Shown here: positions 12,179 through 26,127 of the stretch, one piece after another
How positions within the stretch are numbered: the stretch's first letter is position 1
Layout: every line of letters starts with the position of its first letter
DNA from: Felis catus
Lineage: Eukaryota
Direction of reading: 5' to 3'
Length of the DNA: 64,000 nucleotides
Assembly: GCF_018350175.1 (NCBI RefSeq)
Contig: NC_058368.1
Span: 201,440,001-201,504,000, forward strand
Made by a program: the position numbers and the translations under genes
Notes under the pieces: model-generated
Seen by the model: only the letters and a program-made list of their open reading frames with translations
Told to the model about the DNA's origin: nothing
The model's database searches: none

Positions 12179-12836
12179 AGATCACATGAATATTTAAAAG
12201 CAAAGAAGCCCAGGGTGGAAGTGGGGGAGTTTTAATATATATATTCCATTCTGATTATTTACTTTTTATCAATGCAGAAGACACCTTTCATGGACTTGCT
12301 TTAAGTACTGATGATAATCCTTGGTGTCATATATTAGAAATATTAAATTATCTATGCTTAGAAAGAGATGAAAAATATATACTAATATATTTTTACCAGT
12401 GGTTGGATTTGGAAAAGATAGGTCTGCTTTCAGGTTTTCTATGTTTTCTAAGATTTTTATATTGTATTATGTTGTAATAAGCACTTTACACTGATAAGGA
12501 AATGGTAAAATAAGATTTCTTCTTTTATTCAAAATATGTTACTGAAATTTTTTTCAAAACTCAGTTTTAGATTTGGGGAATATACTAGTGAATCAGACAT
12601 GCCTGATCTTGACCTTCCTGGAGCTGGTGAAAGGTGCAGAGTGGTATGATGCAAATAAGAAGAGAACCAAACCTAGACTTGATTGAGGCAGGAAGGCTTC
12701 CAAGAAGAAGTGCTCCCTAAATGTAGATTTGAGGGAAGTTAGCCAGGCAAAAAGAAGGGAGGAATACTCTAGGAATAGAAAAAAATAAGGCCAGGTCATT
12801 TGAGCACTAAAATTTTTGTTAAGAATTTAGCTATGA

Positions 12837-13054
12837 GAGGCACCTGGGTGGCTCAGTCAATCAAGTGTCTGACTTCAGCTCAGGTCATGATCTCAGGGTT
12901 CGTGAGTTCGAGCTCCATGTCGGGCTCTGTGCTGACAGCGCAGAGCCTGGAGCCTGCTTCGGATTCTGTGTCTCCCTCTCTCTCTGCCCCTCCCCCACTC
13001 TCACTTTGTCTCACTCTGTCTCTCAAAAATAAATAAACATTAAAAATTTTTTTA
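12837..13054 (+). mobile_element. CanSINE inserted in a LINE-2-like relic
   Basis: Full head, body and tail; TSD AAGAATTT(A/G)GCTAT at 12821-12834 and 13055-13068. Confidence 0.95.
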
Positions 13055-13265
13055 AAGAATTTGGCTATCATTTTGAAAGCAGTTAATTGATTTAATTGTG
13101 TGTAGAGGTGGAGATTGTTAAGGGTCATGATCAGATCTGATTTTAGAAAGTTCACTCAGGTGTAAGAGTTGATTTTAACCTCAGTCACACATTAAAAGAC
13201 TTGTGGGAATTTCACAAGATACCAGTGCTTTGGAGCCAGATCAGTTAAACTGTGGAAACAAGGTC

Positions 13266-13267
<2 letters not shown>

Positions 13268-13309
<42 letters not shown>
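13268..13309. repeat. (TG)21 microsatellite
   Basis: Perfect run. Confidence 0.95.
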
Positions 13310-13310
<1 letters not shown>

Positions 13311-13366
13311 ATACACATATGTAAAGCCTTTTGGATTATTCCAGAATACAGCCAAGATTCGAAATA

Positions 13367-13510
13367 GTCGAGTGCTTGAACCAGTTCACAAACTCAAGAG
13401 ATGCCATTTTCAGTGGCATCATGATGGTCGCTTAAAACTGGTCATGGTGTATTTACCACGTGGAAATTGGCATATACTACAATTTGGGGGTTTTCTTTAC
13501 TGTTAATATG
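13367..13510 (+). mobile_element. MER63-like hAT DNA transposon relic
   Basis: TTCAGTGGCATCATGATGGTCGCTTAAAACTGGTCATGG...GGAAATTGGCATATACTACAA resembles the recalled MER63 consensus. Confidence 0.55.
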
Positions 13511-14125
13511 TTTCACACTTAGTTTTCTTCATCATTGTTGTTTTAAAGCTAGAGAGATGAGCACTGTTAAAATGGACTGAATTGAGTCATTAGAGAAAAA
13601 ATTGAAGGAGGGGTCTCAAGAAAGAGAAATGAGGATGCCAACAAGACAGGAAGTGGTAGGATACAGAGCACAGGTGAAGGATTAGCATTAGGCTAGACAA
13701 TGGGGGCCTTTTCTCTGCCAACTGGAGAGGAGGAAAGAAACCACAAATTGTTGGAATTTTAGGTTGTTTTGCACTATTTTCAATAATGCTGCTATGAATA
13801 CTTTATTAATAATTTCTTTAAAACATGTGTTTCTTTAGGATGGACCAAAGAATATGAGCTCTTCACAGATATTAATATGTTTTTAAAAATATAGTCCCTA
13901 GTGATTTTTTATAGAAAATATTTCCCTGCCTTATTACCAACATTAGAAAGTCACATTTAAAAAATAAGATTTAATATGTAAGTCATTCTATTATATGATT
14001 TCATTTATCTTTCTTTGACTACCATGGTGGTTGAATATCATCCCTTAAATTCACTGGACTACTGGAACTAAAGTATTTTTCTTCCTTAACTAGAAAATGA
14101 ACTTAGCTCATTTTGTTCTTCTCTT

Positions 14126-14357
14126 TTAAAAAAAAAAATTTTAAACATTTATTCATTTTTGAGAGTGAGAGAGACAGAGCGTGAGCGGGGGAGGGGCAGA
14201 GAGAGAGGGAGACACAGAATCCGAAGCAGGCTCCAGGCTCTGAGCTGTCAGCACAGAGCCTGACGCTGGGCGGGACGCGGGGCCGAACTCACGGACTGCA
14301 AGATCATGCCCTGAGCTGAAGTCGAACGTTTAACCGACTGAACCACCCAGGCGCCCC
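14126..14357 (-). mobile_element. CanSINE with an internal duplication of about 12 bp
   Basis: TSD TCATTTTGTTCTT at 14108-14120 and 14358-14370; GACGCTGGGC-GG-GACGCGGGGC internally. Confidence 0.95.
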
Positions 14358-14896
14358 TCATTTTGTTCTTTTCTTAGCAAAAGTTCCTTCAGGATCCTTT
14401 TAGAGAAATTCGTATGTACCCAAAAATGTAGATATTACTCAAAGCCCCATCCTTACTTATAGGCTCATCTGTATTTTTTAATATTAAGAAATGTGTAAGA
14501 CTCACTGCTTCAGTTATCACCCGCAGAGTTGATGTGTCACAATTCTATATAATGAGCCTCACCTCTTACCTGAATTCTAACCTTACATTTTGATTCAGGG
14601 TGTCCCCCCTTCAGCTTGAAAACATTCTAGTGAGAGAAGAAACCTGTGCAACAGACTCATCCTTGGGAGCAGATAAGACCAAAAGTAGCACAAATCTTAA
14701 GGGAAGGGAACATGAGGTGATATAACCAGGGATCTGGGAAAGTACAAAGGTATCGTGAAGATGCTGTCAGGGAAAGGCAATGCCAAAAATGGAGAAAATG
14801 ATGAAATAGATATTAGATTAATTTAATAGTAGATTGTGAATAAATATATTAACTAACAGCATAATTGTTGTGTTTACAATTCTGTGATCTAATCTT

Positions 14897-15093
14897 TAAT
14901 GTTCATTTATTTATTTTGAGAGAGTGAGAGGGCAGGGGAGGGGCAGAGGGAGAGGGAGAGAGACACTCCCAAGCAAGTACCATGCTGCCAACACAGAGCC
15001 TGGCACGGGGCTTGAACTCATGAACTGTAAGATCATGACCTGAACCAAAATCAAGAGTCCAATGCTTAACTTACTGGGCCACCCAGATGTCCC
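14897..15093 (-). mobile_element. CanSINE
   Basis: Perfect 16-bp TSD TCTGTGATCTAATCTT at 14881-14896 and 15094-15109. Confidence 0.95.
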
Positions 15094-15700
15094 TCTGTGA
15101 TCTAATCTTATTTAATTTTTAAAATATAGTAATATACATTTTTTTTTCATCTTTGGATACCTATTCCATTCTGTTAGATCAGACATAGTGGCTCTGATAT
15201 TACATTTGCTGATTATTTTATTAACCTGACATATAAAGCTGATAGTTTTCTTTTCAGAAAGAATTTAAGGGGAATGATTACACTATCTCTGAGAATTAGC
15301 AATAATTTAAAATGACTGAATATCCTCTTACTGCCTTATTGCTTAGCTTATACTTTCTTCTTTATTTGCTCTACAGTATCTGTTCCACATTCACATGAAC
15401 ACATCACAGGTACAATTAGCTGTAGCACCTTACTTAGTGATATGAATAAAGCTTGTTCTTAAAAAAGAAATGTTCCCCTGAGTGATAACAGCAACATCTA
15501 TAAAATATAATAAATATAAAATAATGTGCAATCTGGGGGATTATATCATGCCATGAGGAAAAAGATGCAAGCAAAGTAACAATAACAAATTCCAAGGACA
15601 AGAAATTCAGAAACACAAGCGTGGGAGAACACAAACACATGTGAAAAGCAATCTCTGATCTTAGGTGACCAACATGAGTCATTTAAATAAAAAAATTCCA

Positions 15701-15905
15701 GGGGCACCTGGGTAACACAGTCGGTTAAGACTTGGACTCTTGATTTCAGTTCAGGTCATGATCTCACAGTTCATGAGTTTGAGCCCCATATTGGGCTCTG
15801 TGCTGACAGTGTGGATCCTCCTTCAGATTCTCTCTCTCCCTCTCTCTCTGCCCCTCCCCTGCTCATTCTCTCTCTCTCTTTCTCAAAAATAAATAAAATA
15901 TATTT
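15701..15905 (+). mobile_element. CanSINE
   Basis: GGGGCACCTGGGT head, CT body, AAAAATAAATAAA tail. Confidence 0.93.
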
Positions 15906-16164
15906 TAAAAATTTCCCACAGTAAATAAGGAAGGACATCAGATCACAATGGCTTTATAAAAACAAATATTAGTATGATCAAACTTCCTTTGCCCTAATTT
16001 CACCTTCACAAGCAAAACTGGAAATTCTCATGTGGATTATGTCATGCATTCCAACAAATGGAGGTATGCTTATTTTCGGGAGATAGAGTAACTTTGACTC
16101 CACCTGTAAATTAATCGGCTGGCATGTTGGTTTATAGATTAATATTTTAAAAAATTATTTAATA

Positions 16165-16304
16165 TATCTTTTTAATGTTTACTTCGGAGAGAGACAGACA
16201 GAGTGCGAGCATTCGCATCAATGCAGGACTGGAACCCACGAATCTTGAGACCATGACCTGAGCCAAAGTCAGATGCTTGATCAACTGAACCACCCAGGCA
16301 CCCC
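16165..16304 (-). mobile_element. CanSINE with internal deletion
   Basis: Head and tail present; the central GAATCCGAAGCAGGCTCCAGG block is absent. Confidence 0.88.
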
Positions 16305-18079
16305 TATAGTTTGATCTTATATTAGCTAATGCATCTGTATACATAACAGCAAATTCTTTTTTTTTCCCTCCCAGACTTCTTTTCTAAACACTTTTTTCTG
16401 GATAAAAAGAAAATTTTGACTATATAATGTACTCTGAAATCATATTTTTGGAAAATTTTGAGTTTATGGAGTTGACATATTAATTTACTAATCAACAAAC
16501 ACACAAAGCATTAGCAATAAGTTATTCTATTAAAAATGTTCTAAAAATAAAAATAAATAAAAGTGCTGTTACTTTGGAACAGCTAAAAATTATAGCCTCA
16601 AAAATAATGTTCCAAAATAGTAATATTCATACTTATGAAAAACTACACCTTGTATAAATAATATTGTACATTGTAACCGAAGACATATTTTCAAATACAA
16701 AAAGTAAAAATTTTCATTAATATTTCATACTATTTTAAAATATTCTAAGATCAATAATATGCAGGGTCATAAAAATGAAAAAGTTTAATTTGGGAAAAGA
16801 GAGTATTGAATCTGCTACTGAAAATAAACATATCATTTCTTGCTAAACATAATGTTTCTTCTTGTGTTTCTGTTCTTTGTATAGTAGAATTCATTTTTAA
16901 GAAAGTCAGAAAACGATAGATAATATTTTCTAAAATGGTTATGTACTTAATGTGTCTTTTCCAATCCTAGTTATCTTTTAACGTAAAGATATTTTATGGG
17001 AAAAAATGACTTTGGAAAAGAAGAATCTAAATAAATAGGGATACTTTGCCCTTTTATGAATGTGATAAAACAAACACCAAAGAAATGATGACAGATACAT
17101 TACTCATGTCTTTTCCTTACAGATGGATTGTTGAAAATCTGTTTTGGACTGTAGCTATCAAATATGTGACTGAATTGTCAATTAAACTTAGTCAATATTG
17201 AAATTTAAATTAATGCCTGTTTAAGTAAAAATTAGTTGATTCAAATGATATCAAATTCATTTCCAATTTTTTACCCCCTCTTTTATTTTAATCCTCTCCT
17301 CTATATTTGTGGAAAGTTTTCTCAAATAAAAATCTGTTCTCTGTATGAGCAACAAATCATATTTCTTTTCCTTTATTAATAAATGGGATATGTTAGGGCA
17401 TGACTCACATCAAACTTCTTACCAATGTGATTGCATCATTGCTATTATTGATGAAGGTCCAACCAATGTTCCAAATGAATGTTCCAAAACTATGGGTGTG
17501 GATATTGCTAGCCATACTTATCCTAATATACATTTTCTCTCAAGTGTAACTATAGTCTTGCTTGTGCTACTCTTAGGAACTTGACCATAATATTTTCTCT
17601 GTTTTGAAGACTTTGTTTTGAATTCCAAACTGGTCTTAATTTTCATTTGGATTCTATAATCCTAAAACTAATAATGTTTTGAAGAAAGGCTCAAAGAGTC
17701 ATGGATGTGTTCATTTTGCAGTGGTTATTGCCTGCATTATTTTCAGGAAACATTACTATATCCTACCTCTTTCATCTCAATATTTGACTATTCTATCACA
17801 CAGATTTCTTGAGTCTATGAATTATCTTCTGTTCTCATGTATGTGAACGAACTGTACTACTTTATGAATCAATTCCCAAGGAATAGTTTACTGGTCCATT
17901 CAACCCATATCAACATAAAAATAAAAAACAAATCAACAAATGGCTGAATCACTTTTCAAGTAAACAGCTTATTATGCCATAATCATCACTTAATTTCCAT
18001 CTACATGATAATGGTAATATCACAAAGTATACTCATAATATAATCATATCACAATATGACAAAGTCAACTCATTTTTTA

Positions 18080-18293
18080 AAAGTTTATTTATTTATTCTT
18101 AGAAAGAGTCTGTGTGCACCAGCAGGGGAGAGGCAGAAGAAGGAGAGAGAGAAAATCCCAAACAGGCTCTGTGCTGTCAGCAGGAAACCAATGTGGAACT
18201 CAATGCAGGGGTCCGTCTCAGAAATCATGAGATCACCACCTGAGCCAAAATCAAGAGTCAGACACTTAACCAACTGAGCCACCCAGGTGCCCC
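18080..18293 (-). mobile_element. CanSINE
   Basis: Ends CAACTGAGCCACCCAGGTGCCCC; T-rich tail. Confidence 0.93.
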
Positions 18294-18415
18294 ACTTACT
18301 TTTTAATAGAATGGTATTGATATCATAGTATAAAATAGATTATCTCTAAGATTTTCTTCTAATTTAGCAAAACACATTGCCTCTAGTATATTATTCTAAG
18401 TTTATTTTCCAAATT

Positions 18416-18466
18416 AAAAAAAAAAAAAGGAAGGAAGGAAGGAAGGAAGGAAGGAAGGAAGGAAGG
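18416..18466. repeat. A13 followed by (GGAA)9
   Basis: Read directly. Confidence 0.95.
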
Positions 18467-19779
18467 AGCATGTTCTTTAAAGGAAGAGGCTGAGGCATCC
18501 AATGGAGACAGTGAATGACCATATACCATAGAGTCTCAAATCGTTTTACTGTAGAGAAGGGGGAAAGCGATATGTTAAAACCATGCTTTTAATTTTCCTT
18601 TATGGAAATGTTTAAGGAAATATATAGAGAAATCCTTTAAGGAAGAACAATAGTATATTTGCAAATAAAACCAGTACTCGAGTTCCCACAATACACTTCT
18701 GTATTTTGTTTAAAATTATTTCCATTTTATGTTTTTCTCTTACTTGCAATTAGTGAACAACATGCTTTTAGGAACAGTATGTTGAACTGAAGTACATTGT
18801 GTAGATGATATGAAGAAATCTGCTACAGTTGTACCTTTAAAAGAAAGCTTTTGTAAGGGGGAATCTTATATCTGGCTATTATAAACATAATGTTTTTATG
18901 AGTTAACTTATTCTTTTAGTACTGCCAGTTGTAAATCTCCCCATCTAATTAACATCAGGGTAGTGTCCTAATATATATTATACTGAACTAAGAATGCTGC
19001 ACTGGAAGTTAGAAAAAAATATTACAAATAAAAGCAAGTACTGACTTCTTAATCTTGCTCCAGGTTTTTCTCTCCACTTCTGCGAGAAATTTCCTCATAC
19101 GTATCTTCATGATTAATCAGTATGCCTATGCCATTTGATTAAACACTTCAGCCATCTAAACCCACAAATCATTTCTTCTTTCTTATTTGGGCATTTTTAT
19201 TACAATATCCCCCAAGCCCCAAGTCCTTCAGACTCACCATGTAGACAGAACCAGATTTGACTGCAGTCTTTCTTTGCCCTAAGACTCATCAGATCTTTCT
19301 AAATCTTACTTCAGAGCCTACAATTCCCTGAGAGTCAGCTGATTCATTTCCCCAGCCAACCATCACCCGAATCCAAGAATGGGTCCTTGTGCAAAAGCCT
19401 CAGAGTCACTCTTCTCTCTCTTTTACCTCAATTATAAATTCCACTTGGAATATGTTGTCTTTGTTAGTCAGTTTCAATACTAGCTCTGCAACCTTCCCTC
19501 GTAAAACTCTGCAAGAGTTGGTTTGGCTAGTTTCTTCCATTTTCCAACCCAGCACATTCATTTTCATCTCTCCAATGGTCCTGGTTTCTTTCCACTGTCT
19601 CTTTTCTATGCCTTGTTATTCATGAATTTCAATCGCAATCATCTTCCCCTAAGTATTACCATGAGATGATCTTGATTTATCTTAAATGTCCTCCTTAATC
19701 TATTGAATTTGGACTATACCATTATGTACTCTCTTCCTTTGGACTTATCTACCAGGGGATAAAATTTAATTTATTTCCT

Positions 19780-21500
19780 TTATGAGAGTCTTCCTTAGAG
19801 GAGAAATCTAGACCCAGAATAGATTACAGAAGTCATTAGTATGAAGATAATTTAAATTCATGAAAATGGATAAAACCTTCAAGAAAAAGATGTAGAAAAA
19901 ATGAGCACTAAGAAATTCAAGGCAAATTTAGAAGCAAAAGAGTATGAAAGGGAGCAGCCATTGAGTTGAGGAAAACCAGGAAAGCATTGTTGTGAAAGTT
20001 AAAAGAAGGCAGTATTTCAAGAAAGAGGGAGTAGTTGACTCTGGTAAAGATTGGTGAAAGTCCGGGTAATATAAATCAGAAAGCAGTCATTGAGCATCAT
20101 TGTGATCTTGATAAGGGCAGTTCCAGTGAAATTATGTGGTGGAAATCACTCTGCAGTGAGTTGAGCTATGGGAGGTGAAGACATGTAAACAGCTAATGTA
20201 CACAGTTTTTATAAAAGTTTAACTTTGAAGGGGTACAGAGAAATGGGATTATAGGTGAGGAAAAGGGATGCATTTTTATTTATGATGGGAGATTCTAGAC
20301 TATGTTTATATGCTGATGGGAATGATCTATTGGAAGGGGGAAGAGAAGGTAACTAAAGGAGCAAGAACTTCTGCAAGAAGAGGGGCTGAGATTCAGAGAA
20401 GAAAGGGAAAAGTTTGCATTTTGTCCTGAGCAAAGGCGGTCTTCCTCAGTTGAAATAAGAGGAAAACAAAAGAAGATAGATGTCAGTATAGTTGAGATTT
20501 TAGATCTGGTGGAGAAAACATGAGGCATTTCCTATCAAAGGACTTCTGTTTTCTCAATAAAATATGAAATAATGTCTTCAGCTGATAATGAGTAAAATGG
20601 GGATGAAGATGTTTGAAAGCAAGGGACAATACAGTCTTTTAGGGAATAGGAATAGTAAGCCTACTGTAGAATCACAGTGAGAGCTGGGCAGTATTGAGTG
20701 TCGATTTGATCTTTGAGTTTTCAAGTGAAATCAGCCAGCTTCAACTGGGTGATTTTCTCCAGCAATATCTAGCTGCTCCAAGAAAGGCATAGAGAAGGCT
20801 TTGAGCAGAGATGTTAGGTATTTTTCACCACTGAGGTTTTATAAGGCAAGCACAATTGTGGGAGAGAAATCAGGAAGTGGAGAGTATTTACAAGGTAGTG
20901 TTAGAATAAGAAATCTTAGACTTCAGGTTGAATAAAGGTGAACATGGAGCCAAGAGGGTCAGAGAATAATAACAAAGTAGTGAGAAACCTCATGAGATGG
21001 AAGAATGATAAGGGCGAACGCCCTTGAGGAAATTGCCTAGAAATTAGATCTTGTAATACAGATTTTAGGAGTTAAGTATCTGCTGATGATAAAGTACAGG
21101 ATAAGAAAATGGGAAGAAATGGCTTAGGCAGAATGAAGCAAAAGGTAAATAGAAGAGATGAGGCAAGGAACTGGGTCTCTACAGTGTTGGTGTATTCATC
21201 TCTGTGGATTTTCAAGTCACCAAAAATGATAGCGGGATTTGGGAAATATTTGAAGAGCGTGAAGTGAACAAAATGTGTGCAATCTTATAGTAAGGAAGAA
21301 GGTGATATAGACATAGAGTAGAAGCCTCGAGTTCCCAAGCAGAAATAGTAATGGTAATAATGGTCTGGAAGTCCTAAGAAAAGCAAAGAGAATATCAACT
21401 CCAATTTTTTGGCATTGACCTACACATGGAATAAGAGGGGAAAAAAAACAAGCTTTACTTAAGAGAACACCAGGAAAAGTTGCATCTTCTGGGGAAAGCA
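19780..21500 (-). mobile_element. Long degraded LINE-2-like relic
   Basis: Purine-rich with antisense L2 phrases (GTATTTCAAGAAAGAGGGAGTAGTTGAC, CATTGTGATCTTGATAAGGGCAGTTCCAGTG). Confidence 0.6.
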
Positions 21501-21650
21501 AAATATAGTTAAGGAAGAAGTGTTCCCCAACACTCAGATTATTTGTTCTTCCAAACATGAGGAAGAAAAAAGAAAAAAACATGACTCATAACATAATCGT
21601 AATGGAAGTCTTTGCTCTTATTGCAGAAGAAATGAAACTAATGAAACTAC

Positions 21651-22197
21651 ATATTAGTTTTCTACTCCTGTATAACAAATTACCAGAAATTTAATGGGCT
21701 TAAAATAACGCCCATGTATTGGCTCACAGTTCTATATGTCGCATACGGCATGGATCACTGGGTATCCCACAAGAGTTGAGTTTTCATCTAGAGGCTCTGG
21801 AAAAGATTACAAGCTCATTTCTGGCTGTTGGCCAAATTCAGTTCCTTATGGTTGTAGGACTGAAGTCTGTTTCTTTGCTGGCTGTCAACCAGAGATTGCT
21901 TTCAAATCCGAGAAGCCAACTACATTCCTGGGACATAGCCCCATCCACTTTCAAGCCAGAAATGGAATGTCGAATTCTTTTCTAGTTTAGAGTCTCTGAC
22001 TTCCTCTTCCACTCCCAACCAGAGAAAATGCTGCATTTAAGAGATTCTTATAATTAGGTTAGGCCCATTTGAATAATCTCTTTCTTAATATTCACCATGC
22101 TTTATGACTTCAACTAATCATGGGAGGAACAATTCATTATATTCACATTCCCAAGGATTAGGGCGGGAAGTCTTGAGAGGCATCTTAGAATTCTTAG
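21651..22197 (-). mobile_element. MaLR LTR (MLT1-like)
   Basis: ATATTAGTTTTCTA...TAACAAATTACCAGAAATTTAATGGGCTTAAAATAAC start and GGCATCTTAGAATTCT end. Confidence 0.85.
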
Positions 22198-22744
22198 TAG
22201 ACAGCAAGAAAGAGCAACAAGAAGTGTCACGTGGGCAACAGAGATGATAGATTGTCCTGGAGAAAATATTCAGATGAATTTGGTCTCTGAAGTCTTCTCA
22301 AATTACTTGTGACACAATGTGAATCTCTTAACATGAAACAAACATGAGGCTTTTCATGACTAACTCCTAGATATTTGTCCAGCCCCATCTCTCACATGTC
22401 TCTTGTATTGCCCCTACACGGCACCTATCCCAGAATACCTCTAATTCCACAATTGTGCCATATTCTCTCAGGCCACTTAGCAAAAGAACATATTTGACAA
22501 GGTGCCTTTGGATTCCTTAGGATCAAATTCTTAGTCATCTCTATTCAACAGGTGAATATATTCTGAAAGGACTGACCTCTCTTTCTCTTTTTTTTTTTTT
22601 CAGTGTAATTATTAAATTTTGTTGGGCTTCATGGAATGGCTTGAAAGCACTGTTGTTTCTAGTGCTGTGGTCTTACGTGACTTGTTACTTCTAGCACAGG
22701 GCTTGCTAGTAAAATGAATATTATGGTATATTTAACAAAGGAAG

Positions 22745-22960
22745 TATGATACGTAGACTAGTTACTCCAGGTTATGGAGCCAGGCAAAATGACTTTGAAT
22801 CCCAGCTTTGCCACTAAATACGTGATCATGGACCAGCCACAAAACTCTGCTTCAGTTTCCTCATCTGCAAAGAGTGGTAAATGACCTCATTGGTGACTGT
22901 GGAATTGAAGATGATCTGTTAAAAGTGTCTGGAACATCATAGGTTCTCAATAGTGTAAAT
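22745..22960 (+). mobile_element. MIR
   Basis: TTTGAATCCCAGCTTTGCCACT, TCAGTTTCCTCATCTGCAAA. Confidence 0.8.
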
Positions 22961-23914
22961 ACTTAATGAAAATGTGAATGGGAAAATAATGCTACCAATC
23001 TAGTTTCCAATTCATAACCAACACATAAGCTTCTGTTTGTGTAAAATGAACTGAAAGGTCTATAATGCTTCTTTAAACTCAATCATCTAAATTCTATAAG
23101 CATTTACTACTACAGAATACGTAAAACTTTGGGAGACACAATACCTGCCTGTAGAACCATCAAATGCAAAGAGTATAATAAGAGTAAATCTCATAAAAAT
23201 TAATTACAAGATATTATGCACTACAGGACACGCATAGTATTAATAGAATGCTATTAATAGGGTAAGAATCTTAGTATCACTATGTGAGAGAATAAAGAAG
23301 CCTAAAGTTCTATATAAATATATACAAAGAGTAGGAGTTTATAAATAAGCCAACACATAGATTTATTGCCAGAAGCAGGGATAAAAAGAAATAAATATTA
23401 ATGAATCCAGGAAGGATTAAAGAGCAGCATTTTGGTATAAAAAACAATGAACAAAGGGAACCCCTACCTTAGCTTGGCGGTAGGAATAAGAAAAGTGCAC
23501 ATAAAAGATGGTGGCATCTTTCCTTCTTTCAAAGTTATAAGGAAATTCTTCAAAAGTACAGGGGGAAGAGTGTCAGGAAGTTGATATTTTCCAGAGTCAA
23601 ACTTGAGAATTTGGCAACATAGTAAATTTGTGTTAGACTATAAATAGTAATGTGTCACTTAGAGAGATACGAAGACCGACTTGGTAAAATTGAATGCCAC
23701 CTGCAGGGAAGTGAAACCTAACCCTGGAAAATGATTTAGATCACAAAGAGAGAGAAGCTATGACTATCCATTATTCAATACGGATGAGCAGTTCAAGAGG
23801 AAAAAATATAGTTGTATTGGAGTTTGAAAAGGGTATTGGCTTTCTTCATTCATTTTATTGAATATTTTAATAAATCAATGAGCAAGTATTTGGAGAAGCT
23901 AAACAATGGCTAAA

Positions 23915-24040
23915 TGATTAGACTCTGGAGACTACCGGCCCTTGGGGAAAATACTTAACAGTTTCAGATCTCAGTTTCCATATCTGTAAACTAAAAATAG
24001 AAACCATACCTATTTCACTGGGTTGTGAGAAAATTAAAGG
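23915..24040 (+). mobile_element. MIR fragment
   Basis: CTCAGTTTCCATATCTGTAAA...GGGTTGTGAGAAAATTAAA. Confidence 0.7.
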
Positions 24041-26127
24041 AGCTGGAATAGGAAACACCTAGAAGAGTATCTGGTGCCCAAGAGCATGGTCTATCTTTTT
24101 CTTTGTATTATTAACCATGTAGTCATAACATTGTTTGCAAGTAGAATGGAATTTTAGGGGCCTTTTGAGAGTTTCACATTTATTTCTGAGATTCCATTCG
24201 CTGAGGTTCTTAACAGTGAATGACATGAGTTTCAGAGAAACCGAGTCCCGCATGTTCCATCACAGAGCTGTTCAGTGGAAAGCCAAGACCTCTGTGAGTA
24301 CAGTTGGCAGCTAATAGTGAATGGAACTAAGGAGCAAGAGAGAGATGAGCAGGGAATCTTTAGGTAGAAACCTAACAGATGCATAGAGAAAGAAAACCTG
24401 GCTCATCAGATCAAGGATTAAACAGAAACGAAACAAAACATCAGTCAGCATTATTCTCAAAGTGTCATTGCATCTGAAAATGGTAATGAAATATTCATTG
24501 GAGGGAAAAATCAGAAATGCACAAAAACTCAGAATTTGCTTCCTTCTTCAACTTTTATTAGCATCTTTAAATTTCAACTAATCAAATTCATTATGTTGGT
24601 TTGCAAGTTGGTTTTAAAATATAATTCTTCTCTCAAAAGATTTATGTAGTACAAAATTGTAGCAGTCTTTCATGCCAGGTTTCTCCCATAAACACAGATT
24701 ATCAAGATAATAAAGAACATAAGACGCAAAGCATGACACGGAATTTAGAATTGTTATTGTTTCAACTTGGATCACATTCCAAGATTTTATAAATGAGTTT
24801 ATTTTAAGTCCTGGCCTGGGTATGTGGCAAATACACAGTTTTCATTTCACACATCCCCGGTTTTACTAATTTACTCATCCTATAGAATAAATCCTAACAG
24901 AGTTCTATCGATGTCCAATCAGATTGGTTATTTTTTTCCTTGGGAATAATAATAGTCCATGTAAGGTATATGAATTGCTGCTCCAATCACTAATCAAATG
25001 TTTCCCTGGACCTAATTAATAACTAGCCAGGCAAGGAGCATTCATATATAATTTGTCTTGGTGGCAGTATAACTTAGCAAAAGATCACATAGAGTTGATT
25101 CTTCTAAATATCTGCTGAAATAACATATTGATTCTTTTTAAAAATAACTTGGTAAAGAAAAGGAAATTGTGCGTGATTATTCAGTCCCTCGTAAAAACAC
25201 ATAAAATAGCCTTCAATAAGTCAAAACAAATTTTAATTTACACTATTTGATAAATAGCCATGTAATAATTTTGAATGATACAATTGACTTGCAGACCTAA
25301 GAAGCCAATTCTTTTGAAGAGCAGTGCAAATTATTGAAGACATTTTTATCCTCTCTCTACTTGGATATTGATTCATTTCTATATAACAAGAAAAAAAGAA
25401 AATTGTAATTATAGCAGTGCTGTTCGTTCTATTATAAGTAGAGGACTACCAACATTTCTATTATTAACCTCTATTGTCACCGGTTTATGATCTCAGCAGT
25501 AAACTTGGCATGGATGATGCCTCCTTGGGAGTGCATTTTTTTCCACTATGTTTCATAAGCCATTTGTCTATTTATGAATTATACAATTGCCAGAAATGAT
25601 GTGCACTCAAATAGGCTTTTGATTCCCAATCATTCTGAATAAAGGTTTATGTTTTTAAGATAAAAGCCCTGGCTTCAAAATATCCTAAATTCCTCTTGGT
25701 ATTTTCGGTTGGTCCTTTTCATTTCCTTAATTCCCCGATCGTCTGCTGAAGGCTAAATTTTAACATAAATTTAATAAAATCCGGTCTCAAGCAATTGGCT
25801 CACTTCACCCATGTTAACAATTGGCCCAGATTGCTAGGTGGAAAAGTCAGCTGCTGTGATTGGTATCAATTGCCAGGCTGACTGGAGTAACACTGTTAGC
25901 TTGGTGACAGTTCGCTTAGCCCATCAGGTGCAGGCAGAGACCTAGAGTATTTAACAGGCATTTTGAAACTTCTGATTCACATACATACCGAGTAGCACAG
26001 AATTGTTTCTTAGGTAAAAACTGTTACATCATTTAAAAAATCATGCACCTTGTCGCAACATGAAGATAGTTACATACATTATATGTCGTATATACATCAT
26101 ATACGATATGTGTGTACAATGTATAGT

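Noticed and set aside
17105..17200. Plus-strand acceptor TCTTTTCCTTACAG
   Set aside because: No good donor downstream and all frames close quickly.
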